NCBI GenBank assembly: GCA_021815405.1
Contig: JAKAGV010000007.1
Span: 181,888-245,887, forward strand
Reading direction: 5' to 3'
DNA length: 64,000 nucleotides
DNA from: Bacteroidota bacterium
Lineage (GTDB): Bacteria; Bacteroidota; Ignavibacteria; Ignavibacteriales; Ignavibacteriaceae
Shown: positions 1 to 9,380 of the stretch, piece after piece
Position numbering within the stretch: the stretch's first letter is position 1
Layout of the letters: the number at the start of each line of letters is the position of its first letter
Notes under the pieces: generated by a model
What the model was told of the DNA's origin: nothing
Seen by the model: only the letters and a program-made list of their open reading frames with translations
Database searches by the model: none
Made by a program: the position numbers and the translations under genes

Positions 1-300
1 TTATTTCCAATTTCTGAGCTGGAAAGAAAGACTGGATACAGCCGTCGTTATCTTGAAATGCTTTTTAAAAATCACGTAGGTTTTTCCCCAAAAGTTATTG
101 CAAGCATTTTCAGGTTTCAAAAATTTTACAGCAATTGGGCAATGGGTAGATCATACGATGAATTTAAAGAAGAACTAAACAATTATTATTTCGATCAAGC
201 TCATTTTTCAAAAGAGTTTAAAAAAATGACGGGTTTCTCTCCTCTTCAATATACTAATGAAGTTTCAAATGAATTCGGACGCAAACTTACTCTTCATTAG
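1..300 (+). CDS. AraC/XylS-family transcriptional regulator, C-terminal HTH part (5' end outside window)
   Basis: Frame 1 is open from base 1 (LFPISELERKTGYSRRYLEMLFKNHVGFSPK...FDQAHFSKEFKKMTGFSPLQY). This is the typical double-HTH AraC signature. Stop at 298-300. Confidence 0.8.
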   Translation, partial: LFPISELERKTGYSRRYLEMLFKNHVGFSPKVIASIFRFQKFYSNWAMGRSYDEFKEELNNYYFDQAHFSKEFKKMTGFSPLQYTNEVSNEFGRKLTLH

Positions 301-410
301 TAGTTCGCATTTTTACAATCCTTCTTTATAAATTTTAATTTGTTTCGCAGTGTAAATGTAAAACAAATGATTAAGAATATTTAAACTGAACGACATAGGA
401 TTTAAGTTAA

Positions 411-716
411 ATGAGCAACTCTGAAAAGAAATATTATTTTCTAAAACTAATTCCTAAGCGTTCTGATTTTTCACAGACTATGTCTGAAGAGGAACGGACA
501 ATAATGCAGCAGCATGTTGCATATTGGAAAAACTATTTGGATAGAGGCATGGTGGCGGTTTATGGTCCAGTGTTGGATCCGCGGGGTGTTTATGGTATCG
601 GCGTTGTAGCTGTTGATAATGAAAATCAACTGGACGTGCTGATAAAAAATGACCCGGCAGTTAAGATTAATGATTATGAATTTTATCTGATGAAAGCTGT
701 TGTACCGGTAATATAA
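411..716 (+). CDS. YciI-family (YCII-related) small protein
   Basis: 101 aa. Pattern H..YW..L...G....GPV.DP...YGIGVV....ENQLD.LIKNDPA is typical of the YciI/DGPF-like fold. Confidence 0.65.
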   Translation: MSNSEKKYYFLKLIPKRSDFSQTMSEEERTIMQQHVAYWKNYLDRGMVAVYGPVLDPRGVYGIGVVAVDNENQLDVLIKNDPAVKINDYEFYLMKAVVPVI

Positions 717-793
717 CTGGATCTTTAAATCCAGAGCATGAATTTCTTCTGAAGCTTAGAATAATAATAGTCAAACGGAGAGATAAAGAATAA

Positions 794-1321
794 ATGTTTA
801 AAGGTAAAGAACTTCTTTTTAGAAGAGTAATTGCTTATGTGCTTGACATAGTTCTTTTGTTTATAGTTTTAGCCCCAGCTGCTTTTCTTGCTGAAGCACT
901 TTTGGGTTTACAACCAAGAACAAGCAGCCAGATTTGGTTTTCGGCTGTAATGAGTTTCTCAATTCCTGCATGGTCATATTTCCTTTTCAGCGATTTATCA
1001 GCCGGGGTAACAATTGGGAAAAAGATAATGAAGGTAAAAATTCATTCTACCAATGGAAGCAAAATTACTTTTGTACGCGCATTAGTTAGAACTTCAGTAA
1101 AACTTTTACCTTGGGAATTAGCTCATTTATTCGGGTTTGCATTGGTAAATCAAATAAACCAAATTGCTCAAGACATAGGCTTGATTTCAGCAAATCTATT
1201 AATAATTGTTTACTTGATAATTCTTATTGTTACTTCAGGCAAAAGAAGCTTGCATGATCTGATTGCCCAAACAGAAGTTAATTTTTTAGAAGCCGATTCC
1301 AACACTCTCGGAAATTATTAG
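794..1321 (+). CDS. RDD-family membrane protein
   Basis: 175 aa. N-terminal RRVIAYVLDIVLL and C-terminal RSLHDLIAQTEV frame three hydrophobic helices, as in the RDD domain. GGAGAG RBS upstream. Confidence 0.6.
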   Translation: MFKGKELLFRRVIAYVLDIVLLFIVLAPAAFLAEALLGLQPRTSSQIWFSAVMSFSIPAWSYFLFSDLSAGVTIGKKIMKVKIHSTNGSKITFVRALVRTSVKLLPWELAHLFGFALVNQINQIAQDIGLISANLLIIVYLIILIVTSGKRSLHDLIAQTEVNFLEADSNTLGNY

Positions 1322-1691
1322 AACAAAATATAAGTAGTTAATTAATAAATATGCATATTTCGCATTTTTACAATACTTCGCCCAGAGGAGATATTAGTTT
1401 TGCATTAGAAATAGAAAATTTATTGAAGATGAGTTCGGTCTAAAAAGCCAAAATATCTGGTATGTCATAGGTCGTCCAAAAAGTGGAATAGAAGTCATTG
1501 CGAGGAGTGAAACGATGAAGCAATCTTTTATTTTTAATTCAAAATTCAGATCACTTTGCTTATCTCGTGATGACAACATTACTTTTTGGACAACCCCATA
1601 TTCTAAATAATATACTCTTTATAGATTCCTGTTTTTATGGGAATGACATTTTCAGATTAGACCCGTAGATGAATAACTGAAGAGCAATATT

Positions 1692-2120
1692 ATGTCAAAA
1701 ATAATTTTCGGAAATCATTCTGCTGTTAGAGTTCCACGAACAGAAAGAGACAGAATTCGTAAATTCTATTGTGATGTTTTAGGCGGGAAAATTGTGAGAG
1801 AATTTGACGGCAAGGACGATGTCAGAATTGGTGATGACTTCTATATTTCATTTCTTTACAGTGCCGGTGACGGAAGAGGAGCCGACAAAGGTGTAAATTA
1901 TGCTGCACAAGATGCTTTGAGCGAAGATCAATTTTTAAGGGCGATATTTCTTGAATTGAAGTCTAATAATGTTGAAGAAATGAGGAAGAAAATTGTTGAA
2001 TTCGGTGTAAAGGTGCTTGATGTTCCGGATCCTCATCTTTACTTTCAAGCTCCCGGAGGTCAGGTATTCCGACTGGTTGGGATTGATGAGGACCTATCCA
2101 AATATGAACGCCACGTTTGA
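1692..2120 (+). CDS. VOC/glyoxalase-like small protein (cassette copy A)
   Basis: 142 aa. Paralog of 2664..3155, sharing IRKFY.DVLGGKIV and LYFQAPGGQVF. The fold assignment to the glyoxalase/bleomycin-resistance superfamily is tentative. Confidence 0.5.
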   Translation: MSKIIFGNHSAVRVPRTERDRIRKFYCDVLGGKIVREFDGKDDVRIGDDFYISFLYSAGDGRGADKGVNYAAQDALSEDQFLRAIFLELKSNNVEEMRKKIVEFGVKVLDVPDPHLYFQAPGGQVFRLVGIDEDLSKYERHV

Positions 2121-2165
2121 ATTAAAGTACGAGTCATTTAACGAAAGAAATTTAAGTCAAAAAAA

Positions 2166-2609
2166 ATGGAAAAGAATAATTTTCAAAGCAGCATGTCAGC
2201 AAAAATTAGCACCGTCGAAGCTGTTAAAAAGATTAGTAATGTACCAGAGTGGTGGGGAATAACCTTCAGTGGAAATTCAGAAAAACAGAATGATAAGTTT
2301 GTAGTAAGGATGGGTGGTGATTCTTTCTTCAACTTTACTGTAACAGAATTAATCCCTGGTAAAAGAGTTGTTTGGCTGGTTACAGACTGCAATATGCCAT
2401 GGTATGCAGGTAAGAAGGAATGGGTAAACACAAAATTGATTTTTGACCTTTCTGATGATAATGGATTTACCAATCTGAATTTCACGCATGAAGGTCTTAC
2501 ACCGAATGTTGAGTGTTATCGGGACTGTGAAATAGGATGGACTCACTGGATCAAGAAAAGTTTATTTTCCTATTTTACTACAGGTAAAGGTGATTTTAAA
2601 AAACCTTAA
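2166..2609 (+). CDS. SRPBCC/AHSA1-like (START-fold) protein (cassette copy A)
   Basis: 147 aa. Motifs PEWW...F.G, VVWLVTDC and ECY.DCE.GW are shared with the paralog at 3186..3626. Size and pattern are typical of Activator-of-Hsp90-ATPase-homolog-1-like SRPBCC proteins. Confidence 0.6.
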   Translation: MEKNNFQSSMSAKISTVEAVKKISNVPEWWGITFSGNSEKQNDKFVVRMGGDSFFNFTVTELIPGKRVVWLVTDCNMPWYAGKKEWVNTKLIFDLSDDNGFTNLNFTHEGLTPNVECYRDCEIGWTHWIKKSLFSYFTTGKGDFKKP

Positions 2610-2663
2610 ATAATTTATAACTCAAGTGAAATAATTTTTTAACAATTGGACTTTAAATTAGTT

Positions 2664-3155
2664 ATGGCAAAGGTAATTATTGGAAACGCTTCGGCAATAA
2701 CAGTTCCTCGAAAAGACCGTGAAAGCATTCGTAAATTTTACTCGGATGTCCTTGGCGGTAAGATTGTAAAAGAAGATAATGACAAAGACATTTTCCATCT
2801 TGATTATGAATTCTATATTCTTTTTCGTTACGCAGATGTTCCCGAAGAAACCGAATTCTTAAGTTCGCCAAGAGCTTTATGGCTGCAGATTAAATCGGAC
2901 AATGTGGAAGAATTGTCACGGAAGATTATCGATTTCGGTGCAAAGAAGCTTGATATACCATCCGGCTTACCGGAGTCGGTTCCTTATCTTTATTTTCAAG
3001 CGCCCGGAGGACAGGTATTCCAGCTCCTTCCAATCGATGAGAACCAATCATATTACAAGGGAACTTCAGAAGGTAAGAATACAGAAAAAGAAGCCGAGGT
3101 ACTCAAAGAAAATGCGTTGAGTGAATTGGCATCAAAACATCAACAGAAGAAATAA
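2664..3155 (+). CDS. VOC/glyoxalase-like small protein (cassette copy B) with Lys/Glu-rich C-terminal tail
   Basis: The ATG at 2664 (MAKVIIGNASAI...) aligns with the N-terminus of copy A. The ORF track starts at 2646 on a TTG. Confidence 0.5.
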   Translation: MAKVIIGNASAITVPRKDRESIRKFYSDVLGGKIVKEDNDKDIFHLDYEFYILFRYADVPEETEFLSSPRALWLQIKSDNVEELSRKIIDFGAKKLDIPSGLPESVPYLYFQAPGGQVFQLLPIDENQSYYKGTSEGKNTEKEAEVLKENALSELASKHQQKK

Positions 3156-3185
3156 ATTAAAACGGCAAACTATTAAGGAGTTAAA

Positions 3186-3626
3186 ATGAAGAATCAAGAT
3201 TACCAAAAAAGCTTTATTGCAGATGTTACAGCCAAAGAGGCATTTGAAAATATTATTGACGTAGGTGAATGGTGGACAAAAAGCTTTAAAGGAAGTGCAA
3301 AAAACGTAAATGACGTTTTTGATGTTACTTTCGGCAAAACTACTGTAAACTTCAAAGTGATCGAATCGATTCAGTATAAAAAATTGGTCTGGCTGGTCAC
3401 TGATTGTTATTTGGATTGGCTTAATAACAAAACTGAATGGAAGGATACCAAAATAGTCTGGAAAATTTCCGAAGAAAATAAATCCGCTAAAGTAGAAATG
3501 ACTCACATCGGGCTCGTGCCGGGCGTTGAATGCTACAATGATTGCCGCAAAGGCTGGGACTTTTATATAGAAAAAAGCTTGTACAAGTTTTTAACCGAAG
3601 GCAAAGGTCTTCCGGATCAGGGTTAA
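3186..3626 (+). CDS. SRPBCC/AHSA1-like protein (cassette copy B)
   Basis: 146 aa paralog of 2166..2609 (GEWW, LVWLVTDC, ECYNDCRKGW). AAGGAG RBS at 3175-3180. Confidence 0.6.
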   Translation: MKNQDYQKSFIADVTAKEAFENIIDVGEWWTKSFKGSAKNVNDVFDVTFGKTTVNFKVIESIQYKKLVWLVTDCYLDWLNNKTEWKDTKIVWKISEENKSAKVEMTHIGLVPGVECYNDCRKGWDFYIEKSLYKFLTEGKGLPDQG

Positions 3627-3654
3627 AGATAGCATCATTTTAAGAAATGTCTCT

Positions 3655-4347
3655 TTAAGATAGTATTGCAAAGTCAACTATCGAAGAAGCATGTATTAAC
3701 GTTGTATCAAAAATCGGAACGGAACAATCTTCTTGTTTAATGAGAATAGGAATTTCAGTGCAGCCTAATACAATACCTTCTGCTCCATTGGAAATTAGTT
3801 TTTGAATAATTTCAAGATATCTTCGCTTAGTTTCTTCTTTGAAAATATCCTTTGCCATTTCATCCAGGATGGTAGAATGAATGAACTTTCGTTGTTCAAG
3901 TTCCGGTATTAATGTTTGAATTCCGAATCCCGATAATTTCTCTTTATAAAAAGATTGCTCCATAGTAATTCTCGTTCCAAGCAAACCGACCTTTTTAAAA
4001 TTATTTTTGGAAACTACTTTTGCCGTCTCTTCTGCAATATTTATTATAGGGATTTTAATCATCATCTGAATTTCATCTGCAATAATATGCGGAGTGTTTG
4101 CACAGAAGGCAATGCATTCGGCGCCGGCTCTTTCTAAATTTTGTGCAATACCGGAGAACTTCTTTTTTAATTCTCCCCATTCATTCGGATCGATTGGCGG
4201 ATTGAATTCAGCAAAGTTTACCGAATATAAAAGGATATTTGCGGAGTTTAATCCTCCCAGCTTTTTATTTATCTGCTTATTTATTAATCTGTAATAATCA
4301 ACAGTCGATACCCATGTTGTCCCGCCGATTAATCCAATTGTTTTCAT
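3655..4347 (-). CDS. Aspartate/glutamate/hydantoin racemase-family protein (aspartate racemase-like)
   Basis: 230 aa. N-terminal MKTIGLIGGTTWVSTVDYYRLIN and a second catalytic-Cys motif LGCTEIP. Confidence 0.8.
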   Translation of the reverse strand: MKTIGLIGGTTWVSTVDYYRLINKQINKKLGGLNSANILLYSVNFAEFNPPIDPNEWGELKKKFSGIAQNLERAGAECIAFCANTPHIIADEIQMMIKIPIINIAEETAKVVSKNNFKKVGLLGTRITMEQSFYKEKLSGFGIQTLIPELEQRKFIHSTILDEMAKDIFKEETKRRYLEIIQKLISNGAEGIVLGCTEIPILIKQEDCSVPIFDTTLIHASSIVDFAILS

Positions 4348-4382
4348 TGTTCAAATCAAGATATAATTTTATTACAGAATGC

Positions 4383-6287
4383 TTAATTTACTACCAAAAT
4401 TTTCGCAGCCCAATCTCTATTAGATAAGTTTAATCCGCCAGGAAATTTTGGAATTCTAAGCGTACCTTTTCCATCCGATATTATTAGATTTTTTTTATTC
4501 CAAATTCCATTTATCGGGTTGTACCATTGAAAATAATATTTGGTGTTCGGCTTAAAATTCTTTAAAAGCGGAATCATAGATTTGTTTTCAAAATATAGTA
4601 GAGCAAAGTCTTTTGCTTCAGTTCGCATCATATAAGACCAGCCATCTAATCCTGCTTCCGGACTTCCAGGCGCTTTATTTGGCTCCACATCTTGCCGTGC
4701 AAGTTGAAGGTCTCGATATTTTATTCCTTCTGAAAGAACAAATTTTCTTAAGAGGTGCATATAATTTGCAGCTTCATATTTGAAGGCGCTCCAAATATGC
4801 GGACGTAATCCTGCGGGTTCACCGGTTGCTGTAAAATCATAACCGGCGGTTCCATAAACATGACCCGCCAATGCACCGGATAACACCGAACCATACATTT
4901 GTGCTCGCGAAAAGTAATTATCTCTTGCCGAATTAACTGGCGGTCGCTCTCCGTTTGGATTATTTATTGAAAAATCCCAGCCTACGTAATAGGGTTCCAA
5001 ATTGATTACCGGATACGGAGGCTTAAGCTTAAATATAGTTTCAATTGAATCAGCAACTCTATGGTCTCGCGGAGTATTCCCAACGCTGTGCATCGTAAGC
5101 CAAGGACAATCATTCCCGTGTCCGAATACTCCATATGTAGAACTGCTAATAAGAGTTGTCACTGGCTGTCCAAATGGCATCGGACCGTATTTTTTCAAAT
5201 GATATTTTAACGCATCATTAAATTCGGCTGCAGTAAGACTATATTCCTTCGGTATCCAGTCGAGATGAATCTCGCTGTAAATCATATTATAAGTGCTATA
5301 CCTGGAAATAAGATATTGAACATATCTTGAATATGATTCGTTGAAATTAAAATAAGCTTTCCATGTTGGGCACATGTCGCGCCTTACAGTTTCAAGAATC
5401 GGAACAAATCCTTCATCTGATAAGTACTGCATTTTCTTATCGAGGCTTTTAAAATACTCTGGATTTATTCTGTCAAAATCCGCAACTCCCGGGTGCGCTT
5501 TCGACATTTTGAAAGGTCTGTTACCATACTCGTCGCGCATGTTCTTAGCTGTTAATTGTCCACCGGTAACATAATAGCCGAATTTTTCCCACGCATTCCT
5601 TACATAAATTCCGTTTGAATCTGCGTAAGTAGCCGGATTACAATCCGAATCCCAGTTTGGAAAAGATGCAATAATACTTACCGAATTAAAACCTTGCTGC
5701 TTCCTATAATTAACTGCGTCTTCAAATCCCATTCCCGGACCGGGGACATAATTTTTTGCGGGAGCCGCACCTCTAAAAGGAAGCCGCCAAGTAGATGCAG
5801 CCAACCATGTATCTCCGACTAAGAAAAAGGGGCTGCCGTCAGCATATTGAAGTGCATGCCCGTTTGCTGTTGGTCTTATAAATCCATGCCTGTTCGGATT
5901 TTCTTCTTTTTCTTTCTTCGTCCATGGAATAGCGATAAATGTTCCTTTATGATTGTTTAGACCATTATCATCCGGCTGGTTAGAACCGCTGATCCATTCC
6001 CATTTACCCGGATTTTCAGCAATAACTCTTACAACAAAATTATTATCGCCATTCCAGAATCCGTAAATTCGCTTATCAAATCCCGGACCCTTCAATTCTA
6101 CCCAACAGGTAACGTCGGCATAATAATTCTTATATGTCTTCTCAGCTTTAAGTTTTATTTCTTTCATTTCCCAAACATGTATCTTAACAGTTTTAGCAAG
6201 TGTAATATTGCAGCTTGAGATAAATAAAGAAATTAATATTGAAAGATTTATTATAAATTTTGTTTGAACATTCATAATGGATTTCAA
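4383..6287 (-). CDS. Secreted glycoside hydrolase-like protein (DUF5060 N-domain plus DUF4038/GH140-like catalytic domain)
   Basis: 634 aa with a signal-like N-terminus. The segment YGFWNGDNNFVVRV..PGKWEW resembles DUF5060. The segment GSPFFLVGDTWLAAS resembles DUF4038/GH140. Recognised by eye only. Confidence 0.5.
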   Translation of the reverse strand: MKSIMNVQTKFIINLSILISLFISSCNITLAKTVKIHVWEMKEIKLKAEKTYKNYYADVTCWVELKGPGFDKRIYGFWNGDNNFVVRVIAENPGKWEWISGSNQPDDNGLNNHKGTFIAIPWTKKEKEENPNRHGFIRPTANGHALQYADGSPFFLVGDTWLAASTWRLPFRGAAPAKNYVPGPGMGFEDAVNYRKQQGFNSVSIIASFPNWDSDCNPATYADSNGIYVRNAWEKFGYYVTGGQLTAKNMRDEYGNRPFKMSKAHPGVADFDRINPEYFKSLDKKMQYLSDEGFVPILETVRRDMCPTWKAYFNFNESYSRYVQYLISRYSTYNMIYSEIHLDWIPKEYSLTAAEFNDALKYHLKKYGPMPFGQPVTTLISSSTYGVFGHGNDCPWLTMHSVGNTPRDHRVADSIETIFKLKPPYPVINLEPYYVGWDFSINNPNGERPPVNSARDNYFSRAQMYGSVLSGALAGHVYGTAGYDFTATGEPAGLRPHIWSAFKYEAANYMHLLRKFVLSEGIKYRDLQLARQDVEPNKAPGSPEAGLDGWSYMMRTEAKDFALLYFENKSMIPLLKNFKPNTKYYFQWYNPINGIWNKKNLIISDGKGTLRIPKFPGGLNLSNRDWAAKILVVN

Positions 6288-6369
6288 CTTTAAGTAAAAT
6301 CAAAAACTTATCCACAATGTGGATATTCTTAATTATAATTGCTCGACTTTGCGTACATCAATAATTATT

Positions 6370-7635
6370 TTAATTAAATAGCGTAAGATCAATCGCATTC
6401 GCCATTACCTGATAGCCTTTCTCGTTTGGATGAAGATGATCGCCTGAATCAAGTCCGGGAGAAAGATGTAAAGGATTTTTAGTATCGCGCATTGCAGCAT
6501 CGAAATCAATCACTGCATCAAATTTTCCGCTGTTTCTAATCCAATCATTAACAGTCTTCCACGCAAATTCATGACCCGGTTTATCATAGAATGAACCACC
6601 GAATGGTGTCATTGTAGCACCGTAAACACGAATGCCTTTTGCGTGGGCGCTGTCTATCATATTTTGATAAGCTGCAATAAGTTCGGAAGCTACTTTAGCA
6701 GAATCTTCCGGTCGTGATCCGCCTATGTCATTTATTCCTTCAAGTATAATCAGCCACCTAACTCCGTTCTGATTCAACACGTCACGGTTAAAACGGCTTA
6801 CGGCAGATGGACCAAGACATTTACGCAGTACACAGTTTCCGCCGATTCCCATATTTAAAACGGCAACATGTTTTGTATCGGAATTTTCCTGAAGCCGCTT
6901 GGCAAGATCATCAGTCCAGCGGTCTTGTTTATTTGTACCTGAGCCGCGTCCGTCTGTAATTGAATTTCCGAGCGCTACAACTGCTGCCGAAGATTTAGGC
7001 GCTAATACATCAATACCTTCAATAACATACCAGTGATCTGTCTTTACTGCATCTGAAAAATCAGCTTTGGAAACTTCATTCCCTTTCAAAAGATATGAAG
7101 TAGTGCGCGATCCCGGATGACCTGTTACGTCTGGAGAAGTTTCGCCGAAGTAAATTGTAATTGCAACATCGCTTTCAGGCATAAGATCAAATCCTAATGG
7201 ATCTGAAGTAACAGCGGTTCCCGGTGCCATTGTTACATCCGGCTTCCCGTCAAATAAAATTTCTTTGTCGGCAGCCGTATTTATTAATCCGTTTCCTTCA
7301 GAGACTGCAATATGCACCGACTTCATTGTTACCGGACTTGTACTAAATTCATTTGAGAATCTAATTCGCAGACTGTCGCCTCCAATGGAAACTCTTACTA
7401 TCTGCCTTAAAGTATTGCTGCTTAATCCAGGCTGAGGCGGCATATTGTACGGCTCAACAAGCTGTTCAGCAGTACCCCAGGTTCCAACCCAAACTTTATG
7501 CTGATCTTTTACGGCTGCTGTTGAAGATTCTTGATATAAAATAATAATGAATGTTAAAAGCAGCGCGGCATAAGTTCTTAAGGCAGAGGATATACGAAGA
7601 GATGAATTGTCTTTAGTAAGGTTATTCTTATACAT
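6370..7635 (-). CDS. Secreted SGNH/GDSL-family hydrolase (esterase/lipase-like)
   Basis: Blocks GNSITDG, GGN, GINDIG and DHLHPN. Signal peptide present. The ATG at 7635 has a GGAG 8 nt upstream. The ORF track's earlier start at 7653 is less likely. Confidence 0.75.
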   Translation of the reverse strand: MYKNNLTKDNSSLRISSALRTYAALLLTFIIILYQESSTAAVKDQHKVWVGTWGTAEQLVEPYNMPPQPGLSSNTLRQIVRVSIGGDSLRIRFSNEFSTSPVTMKSVHIAVSEGNGLINTAADKEILFDGKPDVTMAPGTAVTSDPLGFDLMPESDVAITIYFGETSPDVTGHPGSRTTSYLLKGNEVSKADFSDAVKTDHWYVIEGIDVLAPKSSAAVVALGNSITDGRGSGTNKQDRWTDDLAKRLQENSDTKHVAVLNMGIGGNCVLRKCLGPSAVSRFNRDVLNQNGVRWLIILEGINDIGGSRPEDSAKVASELIAAYQNMIDSAHAKGIRVYGATMTPFGGSFYDKPGHEFAWKTVNDWIRNSGKFDAVIDFDAAMRDTKNPLHLSPGLDSGDHLHPNEKGYQVMANAIDLTLFN

Positions 7636-7890
7636 GTTACAATCTCCAATCAAATGAATTAACCAAAGAAGATATTATAATGCAAATTACGCAAAGTACC
7701 GAAAAAAGACTACAAAATATTTTTTCATTTAATTCTAAGTATTGTTTTTTCAAGTGAAGAGGTCTCTATCACTTATTTACAAAAAACAATTAAACTTCTT
7801 TCCCGTGAAGTCGATAATACATTCAAATGCCATTTGGACAGCCCAAAAGCATATCATATCTAATTCATACCCTAAGGAGGTGATTATATT

Positions 7891-8121
7891 ATGACAGTCG
7901 GATCGATTGGTCAATCCGGTAATATAGCTGCTGCTTCAGCATCTTATTCGCCTACAACACAAAAAGGTGGGTCTGTTTCTGTAAGTTCAAATAAAGATAC
8001 GGCAATTCTTTCTCAAAAGGCTAAAGAACTTGCTGCTTCACAATCAGGCAAGTCCGCACAGGAGGAAGCTGCTGAATCGGCAAGTGAAAAGTTAACTGAA
8101 CAAGTAAACAGCGGTAATTAA
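7891..8121 (+). CDS. Small Ser/Ala/Gln-rich hypothetical protein (76 aa)
   Basis: Strong AAGGAGGTGA RBS 6-8 nt upstream of the ATG and its own hairpin terminator downstream. Low-complexity sequence with no recognisable family. Confidence 0.5.
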   Translation: MTVGSIGQSGNIAAASASYSPTTQKGGSVSVSSNKDTAILSQKAKELAASQSGKSAQEEAAESASEKLTEQVNSGN

Positions 8122-8151
8122 CAAAGAAGAATAATTCTTTCATGAGCAGGA

Positions 8152-8182
8152 GGGAAGGTATATTATTTACCTTCCTTCTCTC
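8152..8182 (+). terminator. Rho-independent terminator after the 76-aa ORF
   Basis: GGGAAGGTA - tattatt - TACCTTCC followed by TTCTCTC. Confidence 0.55.
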
Positions 8183-8222
8183 ATTATAATTTAATATTTA
8201 TTTCAAAAAAATTAATTTACTC

Positions 8223-9223
8223 GTTGTGTGAATTAAGCGAGCGCATATTTAATATTATTAAGATTTCTATTGGTAATAAACTTCTTTATAAACTGTAAGA
8301 TGGTAAGAGCAGTAATCTTACAAAGTACTCGGGTTTTAAGTCCTTGAAAAGATTTAGCATAATTTCTTCGAATCATAAATTGATTGCAAAACTAAGAGAA
8401 AAGAGTTTCGATTCTTTTCCTAACTTTTCTAATATGAAAGCTCTGCTTCTTAAAACAGTATTGATTAACTCTAGAAGGAGTTTCAAGTTTAATTCTTGAG
8501 GAAGAAAACAAATCGGCTTGTATTTCTTCCGACAGATAAGCTTTATCACCAAGAAGGAAAGAATTTTTAATTTGCTCTTTGACATCTTGTAGATAATTTA
8601 TATCATGCACAGAAGCCTTGGTCATATCAAATGAAACGAAAATTCCATTTACCGTGCAGAACCCATGCAGTTTATATCCATAGTAAAAGGTCTTTTATGC
8701 AGCACAGTATCCTTTATCAGGTGCTGTTTCAAATGACTCTCTGCAAACTCTTAATCTTCCGGCACGCGATAATTTACAAATCTCAACTGGCATTGAATCA
8801 ACAATATGAATGTATTCTTCTTGTATAATTTTTTAGCCATTAGCTTTCTGACTTCATCGATCTTATGAAAAAGTTTTCTTCGTCTGACATTATATTGGCT
8901 TCTGTCAATTAGGTTTGGAAAATCATTCATAAATTCTTTTTTCAATTTTCCAAATAAATAATTCTCACTATCTATACCAAGAGTTTCGCTAACAAGAGAA
9001 AAAGTAATTACTTCTATATCAGAGAACTTAGGTTTAACGCCGCAACGAATGAAATTACCTTCAGTGCTTATTTGATTTTGTAAAATATTTTGGACAATAC
9101 TATAAAATTTGTCGAAATTAGTTTTTATATTGTGCATGAACAGTCTCCGAAATTTGTTTCGTTGTTTTTGGGTTAAAAACACTTTACAATTTTCAGACCC
9201 TTTCCTTTTTTAATTCACACAAC
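8223..9223 (-). mobile_element. Degenerate IS982-family insertion sequence (about 1.0 kb)
   Basis: Perfect 14-bp terminal inverted repeats: GTTGTGTGAATTAA at 8223-8236 and TTAATTCACACAAC at 9210-9223. They bracket a transposase split over at least two frames. Confidence 0.7.
8392..9182 (-). pseudogene. IS982-family DDE transposase, frameshifted
   Basis: N-terminal part is 8751..9182 (...KPKFSDIEVITFSLVSETLGIDSENYLF...RSQYNVRRRKLF). C-terminal part is 8392..8625 (ASVHDINYL...GDKAYLS). The middle section lies in another frame. Confidence 0.7.
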
Positions 9224-9380
9224 TGATTAATAATTATTTTTATATACATCATCAAATTCTGTGGCTTTGAAGGATGTACTAGAAGCCTGAAGGCTGCTCT
9301 AGAATGATGCTAAATTTCACCAATAACTTCATTTTATTTATGTATATTACCGTCAAATTATTTTAAGATTTGACTGTACA

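Noticed and set aside
1394-1579. 61-aa minus-strand ORF in the RDD-to-VOC gap
   Set aside because: It has no RBS and a low-complexity hydrophobic translation, so it is likely spurious. The 370-nt gap otherwise holds only the repeated 21-nt motif.
7834-7850. TTGGACAGCCCAAAAGC upstream of the 76-aa ORF resembles a sigma-54 promoter
   Set aside because: The GG to GC spacing is 11 nt, not the required 10.
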